Notes: a model not told the origin generated them from the sequence alone. A stretch of 62,814 nucleotides of DNA from Deltaproteobacteria bacterium (GCA_029210625.1 JARGFU010000001.1:6992-69805), one strand, 5' to 3'. Numbered from the stretch's first letter, positions 27,680-37,753 are shown. Program-made: numbers and translations.

Positions 27680-28743
27680 GCACCCACGACACGGCCGCCG
27701 GACCCTCGGCCCCCGGCGCCCGCCTCACGGCCGGCCGCTTCCTGGGCTGGATGATCCTGCTCCTCGCGCTCCTCCTCGGGGCGATGATCCTGGCGCTCCT
27801 CCTGGGCAGCACCGAGCTCTCCCTGGGCGCGGCCCTGGAGGGGGCGGGCCCGGCCCGGGTGGTGCTCCTCGAGGTGCGCCTGCCCAGGGTGCTCCTCGGC
27901 GCGCTGGTGGGCGCGGGGCTGGGCGCCTCGGGCGCGGCCCTCCAGGCCATCCTGCGAAACCCCCTGGCCGACCCCTTCATCCTCGGCGTGAGCGGCGGCG
28001 CGGCGCTCGGCGGCACCGTGGCCCGGGCGCTGGCCACCGGCCTCTTCGGGGTGGCCGGGGGCACCCTCTGGCTGGGCCTGGGCTCCCACCTGGCCGCCAC
28101 CGCCGGCGCCCTCGGGGCGGTGGCCCTCACCTTCGGCATCGCCCGCGGCGCCGGCGGCGCCCGCCCCTACGCCCTGCTGCTGGCCGGGGTCGTCCTCAAC
28201 GCCTTCGCCTCGGCCCTGATCCTCTTCCTGCGGGCGGCGGTAGCCCAGGACAAGGCGCAGGAGCTGCTCTACTGGCTCATCGGCAGCCTGGGCTACCCGA
28301 CCCCCCTCGAGCTCGCCTCGGTGGCCGTGCTGGTGATCTGCGGCGGCGTCCTCCTCTCCCTCCTCGGCGGCACCCTGAACGTGCTCGCCCTCCAGGATCG
28401 CGGGGCGGCGGTGCTGGGCATCGACGCCGAGCGGATGCGCCTGCTGGTGATCGTCCTGACCTCGGTGATCGTCGGCACCACCGTCTCGCTCGCCGGCCTG
28501 GTGGGCTTCGTGGGCCTGATGGTGCCCCACTTCCTGCGCCTGCTGACCGGCCCCGACCACCGCCTGCTCCTCCCGGCGAGCCTCCTGGGCGGCGGCGCCT
28601 TCCTGGTGCTGGCCGATCTCTCCGCTCGCCTGCTATTTCGCTTCCTGGGCACCGAGCCCCCGGTGGGGGTGGTCACCGCCTTCCTCGGGGGGCCCTTCTT
28701 CCTCTGGCTCATGCGCCGACGCGGTGGGAGCACCCTCACATGA
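27676..28743 (+). CDS. ABC importer permease, FecCD/BtuC family
   Basis: FecCD signature (LAGVVLNAFASALILFL and related). 9-10 TM helices. ATGA overlap with the upstream gene. Confidence 0.85.
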   Translation: MSTHDTAAGPSAPGARLTAGRFLGWMILLLALLLGAMILALLLGSTELSLGAALEGAGPARVVLLEVRLPRVLLGALVGAGLGASGAALQAILRNPLADPFILGVSGGAALGGTVARALATGLFGVAGGTLWLGLGSHLAATAGALGAVALTFGIARGAGGARPYALLLAGVVLNAFASALILFLRAAVAQDKAQELLYWLIGSLGYPTPLELASVAVLVICGGVLLSLLGGTLNVLALQDRGAAVLGIDAERMRLLVIVLTSVIVGTTVSLAGLVGFVGLMVPHFLRLLTGPDHRLLLPASLLGGGAFLVLADLSARLLFRFLGTEPPVGVVTAFLGGPFFLWLMRRRGGSTLT

Positions 28744-29948
28744 CGAAGCGAAACGCCCTCTGGATGGCCCTCTTGCTCCTCGCCCTGGGAGGCCTGGCCG
28801 CCCTCGCGCGCCTCTCCGGCGAGGCGCCGCCCACCCCGGCCGGTGACGACGGGCAGACCCGGACCGACGCCGGCGCCGAGGCCTCACCACAGGCGGTGGT
28901 GGACCCCTCCCGCGAGTCCCTCCAGAGCCTGCGCAACAACCCGCCCCGGCGGATCGACGCCCACACCCACGTGGCGCCCGGCGATCTCGATGCGTTCATG
29001 AAGATCATGGAGGCCGCGGGCATCGACGGGATCGTGAACTTCTCGGGCGGCTTCCCGGGCGGCGGGCTGGAGCAGCAGCTCGAGGCCGCGGCGCGCTACC
29101 CCCACCGGGTCGCGGTGATGATGAACCTCGACTGGCGCAGCTTCGGCCGGCCCGGCTGGGTCGAGGCCCAGGTCGCGGCCCTGGAGCAGGGCAAGGCCCT
29201 GGGCGCCGCCGGCCTGAAGATCAGCAAGGCCCTGGGTCTGGGCGTGCGGCACCCCGACGGCAAGCTGCTCGCGGTCGACGATCCCCTCCTCGATCCGATC
29301 TTCGAGGCCTGCGGCCGGCTGGGCCTCCCGGTGGCGATCCACACCGGAGACCCCCGCGCCTTCTTCGACGCCCCCACCCCCGAGAACGAGCGCTACCTCG
29401 AGCTGCAGAAGAACCCGGGCTGGTCCTTCCACGGCAAGGACTTCCCGGAGTGGCGGGCGCTGCGCGAGGCCTTCCTCGCCCGCATCGGCCGCCACCCGAA
29501 GACCACCTTCATCGGCGTGCACTTCGGCAACTCCCCGGAGGACCCGCGCTGGGTGGCCGACGTGATGGACCAGTTCCCCAACCTCTACATCGACACCGCC
29601 GCCCGCCTGCCCGAGGTGCTGCGGCAGGAGGACCCCGTGCGCTGGCGCGAGACCCGGCGGGTCTTCGATCGCCACACCGAGCGGGTGCTCTTCGGCAGCG
29701 ACTCGATGCAGATGGGGGGCGAGCTGATCCTGGGCGCGCCCGGCGCCCGCAAGATGCACCGCACCGACGCCGCGGTCTTCTTCCGCACCCACTGGCGCCT
29801 CTTCCAGACCTCCGACTTCGACGTCCCCTCGCCCTCCCCGATCCAGGGCAAGTGGCCCCTGCGAAGCCTGGGGCTGAAGCGCAACCACCTCGAGCCCTTC
29901 TACCATGGCACCGCCGAGCGCCTCTTCCCCCAGCTCGCCACCCCCTGA
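28740..29948 (+). CDS. Exported metal-dependent amidohydrolase (Amidohydro_2-like TIM barrel) inserted inside the B12-transport operon
   Basis: N-terminal signal or anchor (LWMALLLLALGGLAALA). Metal ligands IDAHTHV, VAIHTGDP, GVHFGNS, LFGSDS. Confidence 0.75.
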   Translation: MTKRNALWMALLLLALGGLAALARLSGEAPPTPAGDDGQTRTDAGAEASPQAVVDPSRESLQSLRNNPPRRIDAHTHVAPGDLDAFMKIMEAAGIDGIVNFSGGFPGGGLEQQLEAAARYPHRVAVMMNLDWRSFGRPGWVEAQVAALEQGKALGAAGLKISKALGLGVRHPDGKLLAVDDPLLDPIFEACGRLGLPVAIHTGDPRAFFDAPTPENERYLELQKNPGWSFHGKDFPEWRALREAFLARIGRHPKTTFIGVHFGNSPEDPRWVADVMDQFPNLYIDTAARLPEVLRQEDPVRWRETRRVFDRHTERVLFGSDSMQMGGELILGAPGARKMHRTDAAVFFRTHWRLFQTSDFDVPSPSPIQGKWPLRSLGLKRNHLEPFYHGTAERLFPQLATP

Positions 29949-30777
29949 GCTGGCGCGGATCGAGGGGCTCGCCTTCGCCTACCCCGGCGGGCGCACCCTC
30001 TTCGCGGACCTCACGCTCGAGGTCCGGGGCGGCGAGCTCCTCGGCGTCCTCGGCCCCAACGGCGCGGGCAAGAGCACCCTCCTCTCGCTCCTCTGTGGCC
30101 TGGCGCGGCCGGCGGCCGGCCGCCTCTTCCTCGGCGGGGATCCCCTCGAGGGGCTCTCGCGCCGGGAGCTGGCTCGCCGGATCGCCCTGGTCCCCCAGGA
30201 CGTGGGCGCGGCCTTCCCCTTCACCGTCCTCCAGACGGTCCTCCTCGGGCGCACCCCCCACCTCGGTCCCCTGGGCATCGAGCGAGCCGAGGACCTCGAG
30301 CGGGCCGAGGCGGTCCTCGAGGAGACCGGCCTCTCGGCGCTGCGCGACCGCCCCATCGACGCCCTCTCGGGGGGCGAGCGGCAGCGGGTGCTGATCGCGC
30401 GGGCGCTCTGCCAGGACACCCCCCTGCTCGCCTGCGACGAGCCCACCTCGCACCTGGACATCCACCACCAGGTGAAGACCTACGACCTCTTCCATCGCCT
30501 GACCCGCGATCCGGCGCGGGGCGCCCTCTGCGTCCTGCACGACCTCAACCTCGCGGCGGCCTACTGCGACCGCATCCTCCTCCTCGACGCCGAGGGGAGG
30601 CAGGCCGCCCTCGGCCCCACCGAGGAGGTGCTCTCCTACGCCCTGCTCAAGGAGGTCTACCGCACCGAGATCTGGGTGGGCGTGAACGAGCTCACCGGCG
30701 CCCTGACCCTGGCCCCGGTCGCCGGGCATGATCGGGCGCCGCCGCCGGTTGGAGGTGGCCGGGTGGGGGATCGATGA
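29905..30777 (+). CDS. ABC transporter ATP-binding protein (BtuD/FecE class)
   Basis: Walker A GPNGAGKST. ABC signature LSGGERQRV. Walker B LLACDEPTSHLD. Confidence 0.85.
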   Translation: MAPPSASSPSSPPPELARIEGLAFAYPGGRTLFADLTLEVRGGELLGVLGPNGAGKSTLLSLLCGLARPAAGRLFLGGDPLEGLSRRELARRIALVPQDVGAAFPFTVLQTVLLGRTPHLGPLGIERAEDLERAEAVLEETGLSALRDRPIDALSGGERQRVLIARALCQDTPLLACDEPTSHLDIHHQVKTYDLFHRLTRDPARGALCVLHDLNLAAAYCDRILLLDAEGRQAALGPTEEVLSYALLKEVYRTEIWVGVNELTGALTLAPVAGHDRAPPPVGGGRVGDR

Positions 30778-30800
30778 AATAGGCTCCTTGAGTAGAGGCG

Positions 30801-32078
30801 ATGAGAGAGCGAGGCACAGCCCGTGAGGGAGTCGAGCGAGGACGAGGCCGGACCCGGCTCGGGCGACCTCTGCTCGTCGCCGCCCTGCTCCACCTCCTGC
30901 TCCTCCTGATCCCCCTCGACGCCGGCCTCGACCGGCGCGCCCCGCCCCGCCGGGTGCAGATCGAGCTGCGGGCCCCCGAGCCCCCCGAGCCCCTCCCGGA
31001 GCTCACCGCGCCGGCCGAGCCCATGCTCCCGCCGGCCCCGGCAGCCCCCGAGGTGGCGGCGCCCGCGCCCCGCTCCCCCCGCCCTGCCCGCGCACGGCCG
31101 GCCGCGGCGGGGGTCACCCTGGCCCCCGAGCCCGCCGAGAGCGCGGCCCCGGACGAGCTCGCCGTGGCCCCCGAGCCCGCCCCGCCCGTGGTGGAGCGAC
31201 TGGGCCCCGCGCGCGGCGACGGCCCGATCGACCTGCTCCCCGGCCCCCTCCTCGCTCGCCTCGCCGGCCGGGTCGAGGAGCCCGCCCCGCCGGGGGAGGC
31301 CGCCCGGATCAAGAAGCGGGTCCACACCTACGTGCGGGAGCTGCAGGCCCGCGACCGGGTGCAGATCGGCCTCATCGACCCCTACTTCCGCACCCTGGGT
31401 GAGACCTTCCGGGCGAGCTTCGAGCCGGACTGGTCGGTCTACGATCGCCGCTCCGGCGAGAAGGGGCTGGGCGGCGCCCTGCGCGCCTGGCTGCAGGACT
31501 ACCGCGAGACCGCGGATCGCTACGCCCTCTCCGGCTCCCCCTACCGTGAGGGCGAGCGGGACAGCGCCCTGATGCGCGGCGGCCCCGGCGCGCCGCCCGA
31601 CACGACCCTCTCTGGCGCCCGCCCGCTGGGGGGGATGGGCGACATGGCGGCCCTGCGCGATCTCTGGAGCGACGTGGTCCACGGCCGCGCCGGCGGCGTC
31701 GAGCTGCTGGCGCTGGTGCGGGTGAGCCAGGCCCCGGACGGCGCGCTGCTGCGGGTGGAGATCGAGACCCCCTCGGGCCGGCCGGCCTACGATCGCCTGG
31801 CCCTCTCCTCGGTGAAGACGGCGCTGGCCGAGCCGCTGCGCCCGCCGCGGATGGGCGAGGGCCTCGGGCTCACCGGCGAGTCCATCGAGAGCCTCTGGGC
31901 GTTCCGCACCCGCTTCACCGTCACGCCGCCGGCCTGGACCGTCGCCCCGATGGCGGGCATCGGCGGGATCGGCGGGGTGCAGGGCTGCGACCTGAACGCC
32001 AACGGCGGCGTCGAGCGCTGCTTCGCGCCCCTCTCCCGCCAGGCCTTCCCGCACCTCGAGCTCGTTGCGGTCTACTGA
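30801..32078 (+). CDS. TonB-family energy transducer (putative): TM anchor, Pro-rich spacer and C-terminal domain
   Basis: N-terminal TM helix LLVAALLHLLLLLIPL. Long P/A/E-rich linker. C-terminal ~90-aa mixed alpha/beta region. Lies in a TonB-dependent transport context. Confidence 0.5.
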   Translation: MRERGTAREGVERGRGRTRLGRPLLVAALLHLLLLLIPLDAGLDRRAPPRRVQIELRAPEPPEPLPELTAPAEPMLPPAPAAPEVAAPAPRSPRPARARPAAAGVTLAPEPAESAAPDELAVAPEPAPPVVERLGPARGDGPIDLLPGPLLARLAGRVEEPAPPGEAARIKKRVHTYVRELQARDRVQIGLIDPYFRTLGETFRASFEPDWSVYDRRSGEKGLGGALRAWLQDYRETADRYALSGSPYREGERDSALMRGGPGAPPDTTLSGARPLGGMGDMAALRDLWSDVVHGRAGGVELLALVRVSQAPDGALLRVEIETPSGRPAYDRLALSSVKTALAEPLRPPRMGEGLGLTGESIESLWAFRTRFTVTPPAWTVAPMAGIGGIGGVQGCDLNANGGVERCFAPLSRQAFPHLELVAVY

Positions 32079-32204
32079 CTATCGGGGGGAGTTCCACTCC
32101 CCCCGGACCCCCCAGCTCGAGACGGGGGTACCAAAGGGCCGCTGCGCTGCGCCGGCTGCGCGCCGCCTCCGCGCGCTTCTGCCCGAGCTTGCGTTGGCCG
32201 CCCT

Positions 32205-33062
32205 CTAGGGCTCGCGCCCGGGGCAGCTCTCGCCGAAGCGGCGGAAGTCGCCGTGGGTGAAGGCCCACTCGGGGGTCTTCAGCTCGCCGCTCTTCTGCAC
32301 CGGGAACCAGGGGGAGTCGCCGGAGGGGCCGCGGACCACGTGGATCTCCTGGGCCGGCATGTAGGACTGGGCCAGGGCGAAGCGGCGCTCGCCGCCGGGC
32401 CCCTCGATCAGGTCCACCACCACCATGGCGTGGCCCGGGTGGCCGCCGCGGATGAGGACGTCGCCCGGCGCGATGGCGTCGCCCGCGACCGGCTGGAGCT
32501 CCTTCTCGAAGGAGGCCGAGCCGGCGTAGAGGAAGACCCGCTGCAGGTAGCCGCGGAAGGTGGCCTCGCCCGCGTCGGGCTTCGCCGTGCGCTTCCACTT
32601 CACCTGCGAGCCCTTCACCTCGGGGCGCATCCCGGCCCGCCACTCCGACCAGCGCGCGGCGTCGCCGCTGGTGAAGCGGAAGCAGATCTGATCGGCCCGG
32701 CCGGTCTGCCGCAGGTACTCGGCGCGCAGGCGCATCACGGCGTCGGCGCACTGCTGCAGGTCGCGGCTCCCGACGTCCACCGCCAGCACCCGCCACTGCA
32801 CGTCCTGCCGCCCCTTGGGGCTTCCGTCGTGGAGCATCACCTTCGCCCCGGCGGGGCGGGTCGGCAGCCCCCGGAGGAAGGCGCCGAAGCTACCGGGCGC
32901 GACCGGCACCCGCGTGAAGCCCGCGGGCAGCGGCAACGCCTCGGCGAGGGTGCCCTCGACCGCACCGCTGACGAAGGGCCGCTCGTCGGCGGCGAGGCTG
33001 CCCGCCGGCAGGAGCAGGAGCAGGAGCACCGCCCCCGGGGCGAGACGGCGCGGGAGGATCAT
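32205..33062 (-). CDS. Secreted DUF4846-family protein
   Basis: Signal peptide. DUF4846-like core (GDVLIRGGHPGHAMVVVD). Confidence 0.65.
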   Translation of the reverse strand: MILPRRLAPGAVLLLLLLPAGSLAADERPFVSGAVEGTLAEALPLPAGFTRVPVAPGSFGAFLRGLPTRPAGAKVMLHDGSPKGRQDVQWRVLAVDVGSRDLQQCADAVMRLRAEYLRQTGRADQICFRFTSGDAARWSEWRAGMRPEVKGSQVKWKRTAKPDAGEATFRGYLQRVFLYAGSASFEKELQPVAGDAIAPGDVLIRGGHPGHAMVVVDLIEGPGGERRFALAQSYMPAQEIHVVRGPSGDSPWFPVQKSGELKTPEWAFTHGDFRRFGESCPGREP

Positions 33063-33643
33063 TCCTCGTCCTGCTCCGCTTTGAGCTTGAGCATCTTCTT
33101 CTTGTAGAGCTTGCGCTTGAGCGGCGAGATCCGCTCGACCAGCAGGTTGCCGGTGAGGTGATCGTGCTCGTGCTGCAGGGCGATCGCGTAGAGCCCCTCG
33201 GCGTCCACCTCGAAGGGCTCGCCGTGGGCGTCGAGGGCCCGCACCTTCACCCGGGCGGCCCGCTTCATCTCGACCGTCAGGTCGGGCAGGGAGAGGCAGC
33301 CCTCCTCGAAGGTGACCTCGCCCTCCATCTCCACGAACTCGGGGTTCACGAAGACCAGGGGCCCGGTGCGCGGCGCGCCCTCACCCTCCGGCTCCTCCTC
33401 GAGCTCCTCCTCGCCCTCCCCCTCGTAGTCGTCGAGGGGCACTTGCGGCACGTCGACCACGAAGATCTGCTTGGAGATCCCGATCTGCGGCGCGGCCAGG
33501 CCGAGGCCGTCGGCGTCGTACATGGTCTCGATCATGTCCTCGAGCAGGGCGTCGAAGTCCTCGCCGAACTCGGAGGGGTCCACGGCTTCGGCTTCCCGGG
33601 TGAGGACCGGGTCGGGCCAGATGACGATCTCGCGCAGGGCCAT
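33059..33643 (-). CDS. def: Peptide deformylase
   Basis: All three signature motifs are present: GLGLAAPQIG, EGCLSLP, QHEHDHL. Confidence 0.9.
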   Translation of the reverse strand: MALREIVIWPDPVLTREAEAVDPSEFGEDFDALLEDMIETMYDADGLGLAAPQIGISKQIFVVDVPQVPLDDYEGEGEEELEEEPEGEGAPRTGPLVFVNPEFVEMEGEVTFEEGCLSLPDLTVEMKRAARVKVRALDAHGEPFEVDAEGLYAIALQHEHDHLTGNLLVERISPLKRKLYKKKMLKLKAEQDEE

Positions 33644-33853
33644 GGGCGGCGGTGCTCCGACAGGAAAAAAGGTGGAGCGAGACTATAGAGCGCCATCCGG
33701 TCCTGGGCCACCGCTGGGCCCCCTGGCTGGGGGCCTCGAGGAGAGGAGAGGTGGGGCGGGCGGGTCGGGAGAAACCGGGGAACCGGCATGGGGGGGAGGA
33801 ACCGTTCCGACCCGCCGCCCCTGTTTGACCGGTCAACCTCCGACCCCGGGCAC

Positions 33854-34615
33854 CTATTCCTCGGGCTGGGCCTTTTCGGTCGGCCCCTCGTCGAGGCCGT
33901 AGACCGCCAGGTACTGGTAGGGCAGCAGCTCCTGGTCCAGCGTCAGCCGGGTGTAGCCGGCCTCGCGCATCTCCCCGTCGATCACCTCCGGGGCCAGGCG
34001 GCGGCTCTCGGGCGGTCCCACCGGGATCTCCCCCATCTTGAAGTCGACGATCGCGATCCGGCCGCCGGGCTTGAGGCTGGACTGGAGGCGGCGGAAGTAG
34101 GCCGGACGCGCCTCGATGTGGTGGTAGGTGTCCACCATCAGGATCAGGTCCACCGGCTCGGGGAGCAGGGGGCTCTCGAAGGTGCCGAGGATCGAGAAGA
34201 GGTTGGCGAGGCCCTCCTTGCGGGCGCGCTCGTTGAGGAAGCGCACCATGTCGGGCTCGACGTCCACTCCCCAGACCCGGCCGCCGGAGGCGAGGCGGGC
34301 CATGCGCACCGGGAAGTAGCCGGTGGCGGAGCCGATGTCGGCGGCCACGGCCGTCTCGGAGATCGCCAGGGCGGCGAGGACCTCGTCCGGCCGCTGCCAG
34401 GCGTCGCGCTCGGGGTTCTCGAAGGTCTTCGCCCAGGCGTCGGCGTCGTCGAAGCGATGGTGACCGCTGCCGTGCGGCTTGTGGTCGGCGTCGCCGTCGA
34501 CCTCGGCGTGGCTGGCGTGGGCGGCGTGCCCGCCGTGCCCGGCCTCCTGAGCGTGGGCGCACGCCGCGCCGAATAGGAGGAGGAGGAGAGCGGAGAGGGT
34601 CGCGCTGATCTTCAT
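33854..34615 (-). CDS. Secreted class I SAM-dependent methyltransferase with a His-rich N-terminal region
   Basis: Signal peptide. His-rich segment HGGHAAHASHAEVDGDADHKPHGSGHH. SAM-binding motif I VADIGSATGYF. Confidence 0.7.
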   Translation of the reverse strand: MKISATLSALLLLLFGAACAHAQEAGHGGHAAHASHAEVDGDADHKPHGSGHHRFDDADAWAKTFENPERDAWQRPDEVLAALAISETAVAADIGSATGYFPVRMARLASGGRVWGVDVEPDMVRFLNERARKEGLANLFSILGTFESPLLPEPVDLILMVDTYHHIEARPAYFRRLQSSLKPGGRIAIVDFKMGEIPVGPPESRRLAPEVIDGEMREAGYTRLTLDQELLPYQYLAVYGLDEGPTEKAQPEE

Positions 34616-34677
34616 GGCGGGGGAGATAACGCCCGGCGGGGCTCCCCGGCAAGCGGGGCCTACGTTATGCCTCGACC

Positions 34678-35346
34678 ATGTCCGAGATCAGCACCCACGT
34701 GGACCAGCGCCACTTCGACTACCTCGCCGCCCGCACCACGCGCGACGACGACTTCCTCGTCGCGCTCAAGGCGGCCGCCCGCGAGGCCGGCCTGCCCGCC
34801 ATCTGGATCTCGCCGGAGCAGGCGAGCTTCATGCAGATCCTCCTGCGCTCGGCGCGCGCCCGGGAGGTGGTGGAGGTCGGCACCCTCGCCGGCTACTCCG
34901 CCATCACGATGGCCCGGGCGCTGCCGCCGGACGGCCGCCTGCGCACCCTGGAGCTGATGCCCGCCCACGCGGCCTTCGCCCGGGAGTGGGTCTCCCGCTC
35001 GGACGTGGCCGACCGCATCGAGGTGCTCGAGGGCGGTGGCGCCGAGCTCCTGCCCACCTTCGCGAGCGGCACCGTGGACGCGATCTTCCTCGACGCCGAC
35101 AAGGCCGGCTACGCCGGCTACCTCGAGGAGGCGCGGCGCCTGCTGAAGCCCGGGGGCCTGCTCCTCTGCGACAACGCCTTCGCCTTCGGCGACCTCTTCA
35201 GCGAGGGGGAGGTCTCGGAGGGGGTGGCGGCCATCCGCGCCTTCAACGATCTGCTCGCCGCCGACCCCGACTTCCACGGCGTGATCGTCCCCATCGGCGA
35301 CGGCCTCTGGGTCGGCGTGCGCGAGGGAGAGGAGGCCCCCCGGTGA
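34678..35346 (+). CDS. O-methyltransferase family 3 (caffeoyl-CoA OMT-like)
   Basis: EVGTLAGYSAITMA, DAIFLDADK and GGLLLCDNAF motifs. Confidence 0.85.
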   Translation: MSEISTHVDQRHFDYLAARTTRDDDFLVALKAAAREAGLPAIWISPEQASFMQILLRSARAREVVEVGTLAGYSAITMARALPPDGRLRTLELMPAHAAFAREWVSRSDVADRIEVLEGGGAELLPTFASGTVDAIFLDADKAGYAGYLEEARRLLKPGGLLLCDNAFAFGDLFSEGEVSEGVAAIRAFNDLLAADPDFHGVIVPIGDGLWVGVREGEEAPR

Positions 35347-35714
35347 AGACCGTCCTCCGCCTCCTGCCCGCCTTCCTCTGCTGCCTGCTGATGGGCGCTC
35401 ACTTCCTGCGCCTGGGCATGCTCTGGGCGGTGATCGCCTGCTGCGTCTTCCCCTTCGTGCTCTTCCTGCGGCACCCGGCGGTGCGCTGGGCCGTGGTGGC
35501 CGCCCTCACCCTGGGCTTCGTCTCCTGGATCCTCACCACCCTCCAGCTGGTGATGGTCCGGATGCAGACCGAGGCGCCCTTCGTGCGGCTGGCGATCATC
35601 CTCGGCGCGGTCGCCCTCTTCCACCTCGTCGCCGCCGCCCTCCTCTTCGGGGAGCGGATGCGCGGCTACTTCCACCCCTCGCCCGGGGAGCCCGCCTCGC
35701 CCTCCTCCGCCTGA
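35343..35714 (+). CDS. Small 3-4 TM membrane protein, GTG start overlapping the upstream stop (GTGA)
   Basis: Hydrophobic helices throughout. GC3-rich. Confidence 0.45.
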   Translation: MKTVLRLLPAFLCCLLMGAHFLRLGMLWAVIACCVFPFVLFLRHPAVRWAVVAALTLGFVSWILTTLQLVMVRMQTEAPFVRLAIILGAVALFHLVAAALLFGERMRGYFHPSPGEPASPSSA

Positions 35715-36310
35715 GGCAGGGAGAGCTCGAAGGCGCAGCGCGCCCCTCCGGTGGAGAGCAGGGTGGGCCGCTCGAGGCGCACCGGCCCCCGGCCGAAGAA
35801 GGCGTCGTCCGCGGCGCAGAAGACCGGCGAGAGCTCGGGCACGCCGAGCTCGGCGCAGAGCTCGACGAAGCGGCAGGCGGTGATCCCGAAGGCGATCCGG
35901 TCGGCCTCGACCCGCTCCACCTCCAGCCTCGCGTTGGGGAAGCCCGCGCCGACCTGCTCGAGGAGCGCGCGCCGCTCCTGCTCATTCAATGCTCGCCAGC
36001 GCCCGGGCTCCAGGCCCGCGGTGCGGCGCTCGAGGAAGGCCTCTCCGGCGGCGACCACGATCGCGCGGGTCAGCCGCAGGGCCTCCTCCTCGCCGACCCG
36101 CCCCCGCAGGAAGCGGTAGACCCGCAGGGCCGGGCCGAGCTGGGCCCGGGTGTCGCGCTCGGCCGCCGTGTCGGCCGGCGGCAGGCCCCGCAGGGGATCG
36201 CGCGTCAGCTGCGATCGTCCCAGCCAGAGGAGCGCCCGTCCCCGGCCCACCTCCCGGGCCAGGCCCCGGATGGCCGCGCGCTTCACGGCGAGATCGGTGG
36301 CGAGGTCCAT
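35666..36310 (-). CDS. Hypothetical protein, possibly from the L-2-amino-thiazoline-4-carboxylate hydrolase-like family
   Basis: FVELCAELGVPELSPVFCAADDAFF resembles the conserved core of that family. Assignment is tentative. Confidence 0.45.
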   Translation of the reverse strand: MDLATDLAVKRAAIRGLAREVGRGRALLWLGRSQLTRDPLRGLPPADTAAERDTRAQLGPALRVYRFLRGRVGEEEALRLTRAIVVAAGEAFLERRTAGLEPGRWRALNEQERRALLEQVGAGFPNARLEVERVEADRIAFGITACRFVELCAELGVPELSPVFCAADDAFFGRGPVRLERPTLLSTGGARCAFELSLPQAEEGEAGSPGEGWK

Positions 36311-36313
36311 GGG

Positions 36314-37753
36314 CTAGGGCTGGGGCAGCGGCACGAGGGCCAGGAGGAGATCGCTGGTGGTGAACCAGAGCAGGCGCGGCATCGGGCGCCGCCCGCGCTG
36401 CAGGGAGAAGCGCACCTCGACCTCACCCTTCTCCCCCGGCGACAGGCGGGTGGTCGTGGGCGGTCCCGGCTTCTTCGCCGGGCGCTCGCCCGGGGCGGGC
36501 GCGGCGGCAGGCGCGGCGGCGGCCTCGGCGGCGGCCCCTGCTTCCGGCTCGGGCAGCGGGCGAGGCAGGGGCCGGAGGCTGGCCGAGCGGGTCCTGCCGT
36601 CCTCGAGCGCGACCCAGGGCAGCCCCAGCTTCCCGAGGCCGTCGTAGGAGCCGTCGGGCACCCAGGCCGCCTCACCCCGGTTCTCCACCTCGAGGGTGAT
36701 CGTGCAGTCCCGGTCGCAGTCGATCCCCGAGGGGCAGCGGCCTCGATCGGGGACCTCGCAGCGCCAGCGCTCCACCCGCAGGGCGAAGGCCGGGTCGGGC
36801 GCCACCCACTCGCCGGTGGCGGGCAGGCGGCGCAGCAGCTCGACGACGTGCGCGCTGGCCGCGAGGTCCCAGCGGGTGAGCCAGTGCTCGAGGCGCCGGG
36901 TGCGGGGCCGCACCTCGGGGTGATCCCAGCCCCGGTAGGCCGCCAGCGACCAGAGGGGCCGGTGCACCTCGCCGAGGGCCTCCCGGGGCAGCCCGAAGTC
37001 CACGTCGGGCCCCTCGGTGCGATCCCGCCCCTCCAGCCAGCCCAGGGCCGTGTCGACCTGGCTCGCCGCGGCCTGCGCCCGGCGCTCGACCTCGGCCGCG
37101 GGGACCACCGCGCACTCCAGCCGGCCGTGGGGGGCGTGGACCTTCAGGGGGAGGGCGCCGTCGAAGACCGGCTCCCGCCGCACCATCAGCTCCCGGTCGG
37201 TGAGGTCCCGATCCCAGATCTCCAGGTGGAGGCTCTCCCCTTTCTTCAGGCGGACGCCGGGGATGGTGAAGATCCGGGTCGCCGTCTTGCTGCTGCGGAT
37301 CGCCCGGGGCGTGGTGCCGAGGCGGAGCTCCACCAGGATCTCGGGGTTGCCGAACCAGTCGAAGCGGTGCTTGGGGTCGAGGCCCACCGCCCGGCAGGCC
37401 ACCAGCGCCCCCTCCAGCGGCCCCCCGGGCTGCGGCGCCGCTTGGGCCAGGTCCCACAGCTCGGCGGCGGCCCGCGCGTCGGGCCCGGCGCGATCGCCCT
37501 CTTGCAGGTGGCGGGGGTGGATCACCTCGCCGAGGGGCACTTGCTCGGGCGCGGGGAGGCGCACCGAGCGCGGCAGGGAGGGCTCCCGCTTCGGCGCCAC
37601 GTCCTCGTAGGCGAGGACCTCGTCCCGGGGGGAGGGGATCTCCGGCGGCGGCGGCGGCGCGGCCAGGGGCGCCTGACGGGAGCCGCAGGCCACCCCGCCG
37701 AGCAGCGCTCCCGCGAAGAGCGCGAGGAGGACCCTGGCAGCGGGGGTCCTCAC
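36314..37753 (-). CDS. Hypothetical lipoprotein (~479 aa), GTG start in a GTGA overlap with the upstream gene stop
   Basis: GTG at 37751-37753. Signal and lipobox LLALFAGALLGGVACGS. The ORF sequence upstream of this start reads as antisense noise. Confidence 0.55.
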   Translation of the reverse strand: MRTPAARVLLALFAGALLGGVACGSRQAPLAAPPPPPEIPSPRDEVLAYEDVAPKREPSLPRSVRLPAPEQVPLGEVIHPRHLQEGDRAGPDARAAAELWDLAQAAPQPGGPLEGALVACRAVGLDPKHRFDWFGNPEILVELRLGTTPRAIRSSKTATRIFTIPGVRLKKGESLHLEIWDRDLTDRELMVRREPVFDGALPLKVHAPHGRLECAVVPAAEVERRAQAAASQVDTALGWLEGRDRTEGPDVDFGLPREALGEVHRPLWSLAAYRGWDHPEVRPRTRRLEHWLTRWDLAASAHVVELLRRLPATGEWVAPDPAFALRVERWRCEVPDRGRCPSGIDCDRDCTITLEVENRGEAAWVPDGSYDGLGKLGLPWVALEDGRTRSASLRPLPRPLPEPEAGAAAEAAAAPAAAPAPGERPAKKPGPPTTTRLSPGEKGEVEVRFSLQRGRRPMPRLLWFTTSDLLLALVPLPQP

